Below the pieces are notes generated by a model, which worked only from the letters and a program-made list of their open reading frames with translations, made no database searches and was not told the DNA's origin. A stretch of DNA of 64,000 bases from Candidatus Nomurabacteria bacterium GW2011_GWE1_32_28 (GTDB lineage: Bacteria; Patescibacteriota; Minisyncoccia; Phycocordibacterales; UBA9973): assembly GCA_000989515.1 (NCBI GenBank), contig LBOM01000003.1:111833-175832 (forward strand), in the 5' to 3' direction. Shown here piece by piece: positions 58,433 through 64,000 of this stretch. Position numbers and translations under genes: made by a program. How positions within the stretch are numbered: position 1 is the stretch's first letter; each line of letters opens with the position of its first letter.

Positions 58433-59305
58433 ATGGAAAGTGATAACAAATTAAAAAATAAAAATGTAGAAACTTTTGCTGGAGATATGGTGAAAGCTAT
58501 AGAAAGCGATAGGGGTGGATTAATTAAAAAAATAATTCAGGAAGAAGAAAAAAAAGAAGCTCAAAAGAAAAATTTATCTCCAAAATCAGCTCAGAATAAA
58601 ACTTTCTTGATTGTAGGTTTTTTACTTTTAATAATAACCTTTTTAATTTTGATATTTTTGTTTGTTTTTAATAAAAATGTTGGTACAGCATTAATCCCAT
58701 TACAACATACTTCAGTTATTTTTACTGATCAAACAATTTTTAAGGAGATTGATAGTTTGTCAAAAGACAAGATAGCGAATGTCGTTCTGAATGAAAAAAA
58801 TAATACTAAAACAAAGATTGGAGGTATTGAAAGTATTTATCTTACAGAAAATAAAAAAGTTATAGATTTTAGTAGATTTATCTTGCTTATAAAAGGTAGT
58901 TTAAATTCTGACCAACTTCGTCTTTTTTATGATAATTTTTTGCTTGGTATATTTAAAAGTGGTTTAAACTCTTCTTCTCCTGATGCAGGAGATTTATTTA
59001 TTTTATTAAAGGTCAAATCTTTTACTGATATATTTCCCATAATGCAGGTCTGGGAAAATAAAATGTTGTATGATTTCTATGAGTTTTTTGAAATAAAAAT
59101 TTCTCCAGAAACTAATTATTTGTTTACCAAAGATTGGGAAGAAGATATTGTTAGTAATAAAAATGCACGAATTCTTAGAGATAATACTGGAAAAATTATT
59201 TTGATGTATGTATATGCTGATGATAATTCTATTATTGTAACTGATTCAGAAAATGCAATAAACGAAGTAGTTTTAAGGCTTAATTCTAGTAAGATAAAGA
59301 AATAA
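58433..59305 (+). CDS. Membrane-anchored hypothetical protein
   Basis: Single TM helix; start moved to MESD. Confidence 0.7.
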   Translation: MESDNKLKNKNVETFAGDMVKAIESDRGGLIKKIIQEEEKKEAQKKNLSPKSAQNKTFLIVGFLLLIITFLILIFLFVFNKNVGTALIPLQHTSVIFTDQTIFKEIDSLSKDKIANVVLNEKNNTKTKIGGIESIYLTENKKVIDFSRFILLIKGSLNSDQLRLFYDNFLLGIFKSGLNSSSPDAGDLFILLKVKSFTDIFPIMQVWENKMLYDFYEFFEIKISPETNYLFTKDWEEDIVSNKNARILRDNTGKIILMYVYADDNSIIVTDSENAINEVVLRLNSSKIKK

Positions 59306-59402
59306 AAATAATGGAAAAAGGTCTTTTCTTGAAGAGTATCCGCCAGCTGGTGGAGATGGGAAAAAGAAAGACCTTGTGGAGTTTGTGTGGTATTATTTAT
59401 TT

Positions 59403-62156
59403 ATGGATAAAGAGCTTGTAAAACAGAATGTTCAAAAACTTGTAGAAAAATATGAAATTGTAAAGAGAGATGGAAAATTAAGAACTTATTCCGAAGAGGA
59501 TACGATTCAAGGATTTGTTTTACCTCTTCTTGAAATACTTGGTTGGAATATTAGAGATAAAAACGAAGTTTCTTCTCAAGATCATATAAAAGGTTCTGGT
59601 AGACCTGATCACACACTTAAAATAAATGGAATAACTCAATTTTACTTAGAATCAAAAAAACTCAGTGTTGATTTAGATGACGAAATATTTTCAAAACAAG
59701 TAATAAATTATTCTTGGAATACTGGTGTAACCTATGCTATTTTAACTGATTTTGAAAGTATTAAGGTTTTTAATGCACAAAGAATAGATAAGACTGATTT
59801 AATGGACAAACTTGTTTTTGAACTTTCTTATAATAAATACGTTTCAGATTTTGAAATTTTATGGCTTCTATCAAAAGAATCTTTTCAAAAGAAAACTTTA
59901 GATGAATATGCTGAAAAAATTGGGAAAAAAGAAAAATCTGTGCAAGTTTCCACTGTTATAAAAAAAATTAATGAGGATATTCAAGATTGTAGAGAATGGC
60001 TCACTAACGAATTTAAAACTTGGAATGAAAAGCTAAATCTTTCAAAAGATATGATTGATGAAGGAGTACAAAAACTCTTAGATAGGTTAATTTTTCTTCG
60101 TGTTGCCGAAGATAGAGAGGTAGAACCAAATATTTTAAAAAATTTATTGAGAGAAGCTGAAAAAAGTAAAAGTTATAAGCCATTTCAGGCGATGTCTATA
60201 ATTTTTAGAGAGTTAGATAAAATTTATAACTCTAATCTTTTTTCACCTCATCCTTTCGAAAGTTGGGAAATAGTAGATGACAAAGGATTTGAAAAAATGA
60301 TAGAAAAACTTTATGGCAAGAAAGGTCAATATGAATATAATTTTAAAGAAATGCCCGCTGATGTACTAGGGACTGTTTATGAAAATTATTTAAATTATAA
60401 ACTTACTCAATCAAAAAAAGGTGTAAATGTTGAAAAAGATGTTAAAAAAAGAAAAGAGCAGGGAATTTTTTATACTCCCACTTTTGTGGTGGATTATATT
60501 GTTAGAAATGCGTTAAAACCAGTTTTAGATAATTGCAAAAGTGTGGCTGACCTGAAAAAGATAAAGGTATTAGATCCTGCTTGTGGTTCTGGGTCTTTTC
60601 TTATTAGAGCACTTGAAGCTATCACAGAAAAGTATAAAGAATTTGGAATTGATGGATCTGTAAAAAGACAAATAATTTTAGAAAATCTTTTTGGTGTTGA
60701 TTTAGATATGCAAGCAGTAGAGATTGCTCGTCTTAATTTACTTATCAATTCTCTTGATTTAAAAGAAATTTTACCAAAATTAAATAATAATATAAAAAAT
60801 GGAAATTCTCTAATTTCTGGAACTGATGAAGAAATGGAAAAACAATTTGGCAAAAATTGGAAAGATAAAAAACCATTCAATTGGCAAGAAGAATTTCCTG
60901 ATGTGTTCAAACAGGGTGGTTTTGATGTAATTATCGGTAATCCTCCTTATGTTAGGCAAGAAGAAATAAAAGAAGACAAAGAAATATTTTCACAACTTTT
61001 TCCAAATGTGGCGAATGGTACCGCTGATTTGTATGTTTATTTTTTTGAAAGAGCGATACAACTATTAAAAAATAGTGGATATCTAGGTTTTATCATTTCA
61101 AATAAATTTATAAAAGCTGGATATGGGAAGAATTTAAGGAAATATTTAAAAGAAAGTTTGAGTATTAAACAACTAATTGATCAATTTAATAAAAAGGTTT
61201 TTGAAGATGCAGTTGTTGATCCTTGTACGATTATAATTAAGAAAGAAAAACCACTAAAAAATAGCCATATTTTATACAATTATGAAACAAATATTCTACA
61301 AGCTAATCTTAATGAAAGTGGATGGACTTTTGCAAATGAAGAATCTTTAGATTTAAAAAGTAAAATTGAAGAAAAAGGTAAAAAAATAAAAGATTGGGAG
61401 GGGGTCAATATAAGAAGAGGAATTGTTACAGGATTAAATGAAGCTTTTATATTAAATTTAGACAACAAAGAGAGGTTTATTGAAGAAGATAAAAATTGTG
61501 ATGTTTTAATAAAACCTTTATTAGCTGGAAGAAACATAAAAAGGTATCTTGCTGGTTTTGATAATAAATTTTTGTTAAAAATTATTCAAGGGAGCAATAT
61601 TGATGATTGTGAACCTATAAAAAATCACTTATTAAAGTTTAAAGATGAATTGTCTGAACGATGGGAACCAAAAAATGGAAAAATAAAATGGTTTGAGTTA
61701 AGGTCATGTGTTTACTATGAAGAATTTGAAAAACCAAAAATAATTTATCCTGATATATCTGATACTGGTGGTTTTTATTGGGACGATGAAGGATATTTTT
61801 TAAATAATACTATATATATGATTACTGGTAATATTAAAAAATCATGGGTTGGTTTATTAAATTCTAGATTAATTAGTTGGTATTATAAAAAGATAGCTTC
61901 TGGCCTTGGTGAAGGAGGAGTGAGATATTTCACTCAATTTGTTAAAGAATTACCAATTCCAGAAAATACTGAATCATTAGATAATTTGACTCAAAAAATG
62001 CTTGATTTAAATAAAGAATTAAAAAAAATATTAGAAAACTCAAATGAATGGGAAAATATAAAATCTGAAATTGAAAAAACTGATAAAAAGATTAATGAAG
62101 AAGTTTATGGTCTTTATGGATTAAATGAAAAAGAAATAAAAATTATAGAGAAATAA
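59403..62156 (+). CDS. Type IIG (Eco57I/TaqI-like) fused restriction endonuclease-m6A methyltransferase
   Basis: PD...ESK nuclease motif, GIFYTP, VLDPACGSGSF, IGNPPY, TaqI-C-like specificity region. Confidence 0.9.
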   Translation: MDKELVKQNVQKLVEKYEIVKRDGKLRTYSEEDTIQGFVLPLLEILGWNIRDKNEVSSQDHIKGSGRPDHTLKINGITQFYLESKKLSVDLDDEIFSKQVINYSWNTGVTYAILTDFESIKVFNAQRIDKTDLMDKLVFELSYNKYVSDFEILWLLSKESFQKKTLDEYAEKIGKKEKSVQVSTVIKKINEDIQDCREWLTNEFKTWNEKLNLSKDMIDEGVQKLLDRLIFLRVAEDREVEPNILKNLLREAEKSKSYKPFQAMSIIFRELDKIYNSNLFSPHPFESWEIVDDKGFEKMIEKLYGKKGQYEYNFKEMPADVLGTVYENYLNYKLTQSKKGVNVEKDVKKRKEQGIFYTPTFVVDYIVRNALKPVLDNCKSVADLKKIKVLDPACGSGSFLIRALEAITEKYKEFGIDGSVKRQIILENLFGVDLDMQAVEIARLNLLINSLDLKEILPKLNNNIKNGNSLISGTDEEMEKQFGKNWKDKKPFNWQEEFPDVFKQGGFDVIIGNPPYVRQEEIKEDKEIFSQLFPNVANGTADLYVYFFERAIQLLKNSGYLGFIISNKFIKAGYGKNLRKYLKESLSIKQLIDQFNKKVFEDAVVDPCTIIIKKEKPLKNSHILYNYETNILQANLNESGWTFANEESLDLKSKIEEKGKKIKDWEGVNIRRGIVTGLNEAFILNLDNKERFIEEDKNCDVLIKPLLAGRNIKRYLAGFDNKFLLKIIQGSNIDDCEPIKNHLLKFKDELSERWEPKNGKIKWFELRSCVYYEEFEKPKIIYPDISDTGGFYWDDEGYFLNNTIYMITGNIKKSWVGLLNSRLISWYYKKIASGLGEGGVRYFTQFVKELPIPENTESLDNLTQKMLDLNKELKKILENSNEWENIKSEIEKTDKKINEEVYGLYGLNEKEIKIIEK

Positions 62157-62222
62157 TTAAAGTATTATTTGAGACAGATAAATTAATGAAAAAAATTGAT
62201 GAAATTGAGGTATAATAGATTT

Positions 62223-63065
62223 ATGAAAACTGAAATAATAAAATCACTTTTAAATAAATTTGAATCTTGTGCCCACAAAACGGATCAAGGGATAGAATTT
62301 TGGTTGGCAAGAGACTTGCAACAACTTTTAGGTTATACAAAATGGGATAATTTTTTAGCTGTTATTTCAAAGGCTAAAATATCTTGTGAAGTAATGGAAC
62401 ATAAGGTATTAGACCATTTTGCTGATGTCGGGAAAATGGTCAAAATAGGATCTGAAAGTGAAAGAGAAATAGACGATATAATGCTTACAAGACTTGCTTG
62501 TTATTTTGTTGCTCAGAACGGAGATTCTAGAAAAGAAGAAATTGTTTTTGCAAAAAATTATTTTGCTGTTCAAGCTAGGAAGTTTGAAATAATTGAAAAA
62601 AGAATACAAGAGTTTGAAAGAGTTAGAGCTAGACATAAATTAATTGAAACAGAAAAAGAATTATCTAGTGTTATTTATCAACAAACAAAAAATGATAAAA
62701 ACTTCGGATTAATTCGTAGTAAAGGAGATAAGGCTTTGTTTGGATATACAACTCAAGAAATGAAAAGTCGGTTAAAAATTCCCGATAATCGTGCTTTGGC
62801 AGATTTTCAACCAACTATTTTATTGAAAGCTAAAGACTTTGCAACAGAAATAACAATTTTTAATACAAAAAATAAAGAATTAAAAACTGAACAAGCAATC
62901 TCGGAAGAACACATTATAAATAATAGAAGTGTCAGAAAAACTTTGATTAGTCGTGGTATCCGTCCAGAAAATTTACCAATAGAAGAAGATATTAAAAAAA
63001 TTGAAAGAAAAATTGAATCTGAAAATAAAAAAAGTTTAAAAAAGCCGGATAAATTAGAAAAGTGA
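62223..63065 (+). CDS. dinD: DNA damage-inducible protein D (Bro-N-like)
   Basis: EFWLARDLQ.LLGY, LTRLACY.VAQNGD, RSKGDKALFG. Confidence 0.88.
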   Translation: MKTEIIKSLLNKFESCAHKTDQGIEFWLARDLQQLLGYTKWDNFLAVISKAKISCEVMEHKVLDHFADVGKMVKIGSESEREIDDIMLTRLACYFVAQNGDSRKEEIVFAKNYFAVQARKFEIIEKRIQEFERVRARHKLIETEKELSSVIYQQTKNDKNFGLIRSKGDKALFGYTTQEMKSRLKIPDNRALADFQPTILLKAKDFATEITIFNTKNKELKTEQAISEEHIINNRSVRKTLISRGIRPENLPIEEDIKKIERKIESENKKSLKKPDKLEK

Positions 63066-63108
63066 TAGTTTCAGTTGCCTTTTTAATTGAAAGTGTTAGT
63101 ATTTGTGT

Positions 63109-63465
63109 ATGTTAGATAAGAAAAAAATTAAAGAAAAGTTGGAGAAAGAGAGAGATATGCTTCTTGGGCAGATTCGTGATATTGGAAAATTAAATCCTGA
63201 GACAAATGAATGGGAAGCAATTCCAGAAGAAAGAGATTGTAGAGAATCAGATCAAAATGATATGGCTGATAGATTTGAAGATTTTGAAGCTAGAAGTACT
63301 ATGATAAAAGTTTTAGAAACTAGATTAAATAACATTTTGGGTTCGCTTGATGGATTAAATAAAGTATCTTTTGGTAAATGTGAGGTATGTAAAAAAGATA
63401 TTGAGATGGCTCGCATGGAAGTTAACCCTGCTGCAAAAACATGCAAAAAGCATTTGAATAATTAG
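63109..63465 (+). CDS. TraR/DksA family zinc-finger protein
   Basis: Coiled coil with D.ND.AD; C-x2-C...C-x2-H. Confidence 0.88.
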   Translation: MLDKKKIKEKLEKERDMLLGQIRDIGKLNPETNEWEAIPEERDCRESDQNDMADRFEDFEARSTMIKVLETRLNNILGSLDGLNKVSFGKCEVCKKDIEMARMEVNPAAKTCKKHLNN

Positions 63466-63587
63466 TATAAGAATATCTAAAACAAACTACAAAATTCAAA
63501 AAATTTTTAAGCCTTCATCCCTAGAGCAAGAAGGACAGGGGACCCGTGACTTTAAAAATTTTTTAATCTTATGGTTTCTATAAAATT

Positions 63588-64000
63588 ATGAGTTTTGCAA
63601 AAGTTTATTCAGCACAAGTAAATCTTCTATATGGACAAATTGTAACGGTTGAAGTTGATTTGTCGAAGGGTATGCATACATTTAATGTGGTGGGTCTTCC
63701 TGATAAGGCAGTAGATGAATCTAAAGACAGGGTAAGTTCAGCTATTAAAAATTCTGGTTTTAAATCACCTAAAGCTAAGAATCAAAAGATAATAGTTTCA
63801 CTTTCACCTGCTGATCTTAAAAAAGAAGGGCCATTTTTTGATCTTGCTATTGCTCTTGCCTATATGCTTGCATCTAATTATTTAAAATTTAATCCAGAGA
63901 AAAAGATTTTTTTAGGTGAGCTTGGACTTGATGGAACATTACGATGTATTAGGGGTGCATTGCCTCTTGTAATGGAAGCTAAACGTGCTGGATATGAAGA
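63588..64000 (+). CDS. comM: ComM/YifB Mg-chelatase-like AAA ATPase (5' part)
   Basis: Manual translation MSFAKVYSAQ...VEVD...VGLPDKAVDESKDRV...LSPADLKKEG..FDLAIA...GELGLDG. Confidence 0.93.
   Translation, partial: MSFAKVYSAQVNLLYGQIVTVEVDLSKGMHTFNVVGLPDKAVDESKDRVSSAIKNSGFKSPKAKNQKIIVSLSPADLKKEGPFFDLAIALAYMLASNYLKFNPEKKIFLGELGLDGTLRCIRGALPLVMEAKRAGYE

Overview
This is an AT-rich chromosomal segment around the replication origin (dnaA-dnaN, rpmH-rnpA-yidD-yidC-jag, DnaA boxes, a parS cluster). Gene content and order suggest a Patescibacteria/CPR bacterium of the Parcubacteria type (inference). It holds DNA repair and replication genes (uvrA, uvrB, polA, ruvB, ruvC, pcrA, xth, xer), five tRNAs, a PilB ATPase, a long minus-strand T4SS-like membrane cluster (VirB4, PrgI, VirB6-like, pilin-transglycosylase), a type IIG restriction-modification gene and comM. 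Two repeat systems stand out. (1) Hairpin insertions of about 100-120 bp fall into three core families (A: uvrA, polA, CCA enzyme; B: uvrB, pcrA, rsmA; C: murI, xer-rpsO spacer). Each has a conserved GC-rich core, with compensatory base changes in B and C, enclosed by long inverted arms that differ from copy to copy. Seven of the eight copies sit in-frame in housekeeping genes. (2) A heptamer (AATTACG)n junction element marks most gene boundaries of the T4SS-like cluster, invades ORFs in-frame, appears to supply start and stop codons, and flanks a Bro-N gene as an exact 51-bp direct repeat. A four-helix-bundle gene bracketed by inverted 9-mer tracts lies in the same cluster. All calls were made by eye; no database searches were run.
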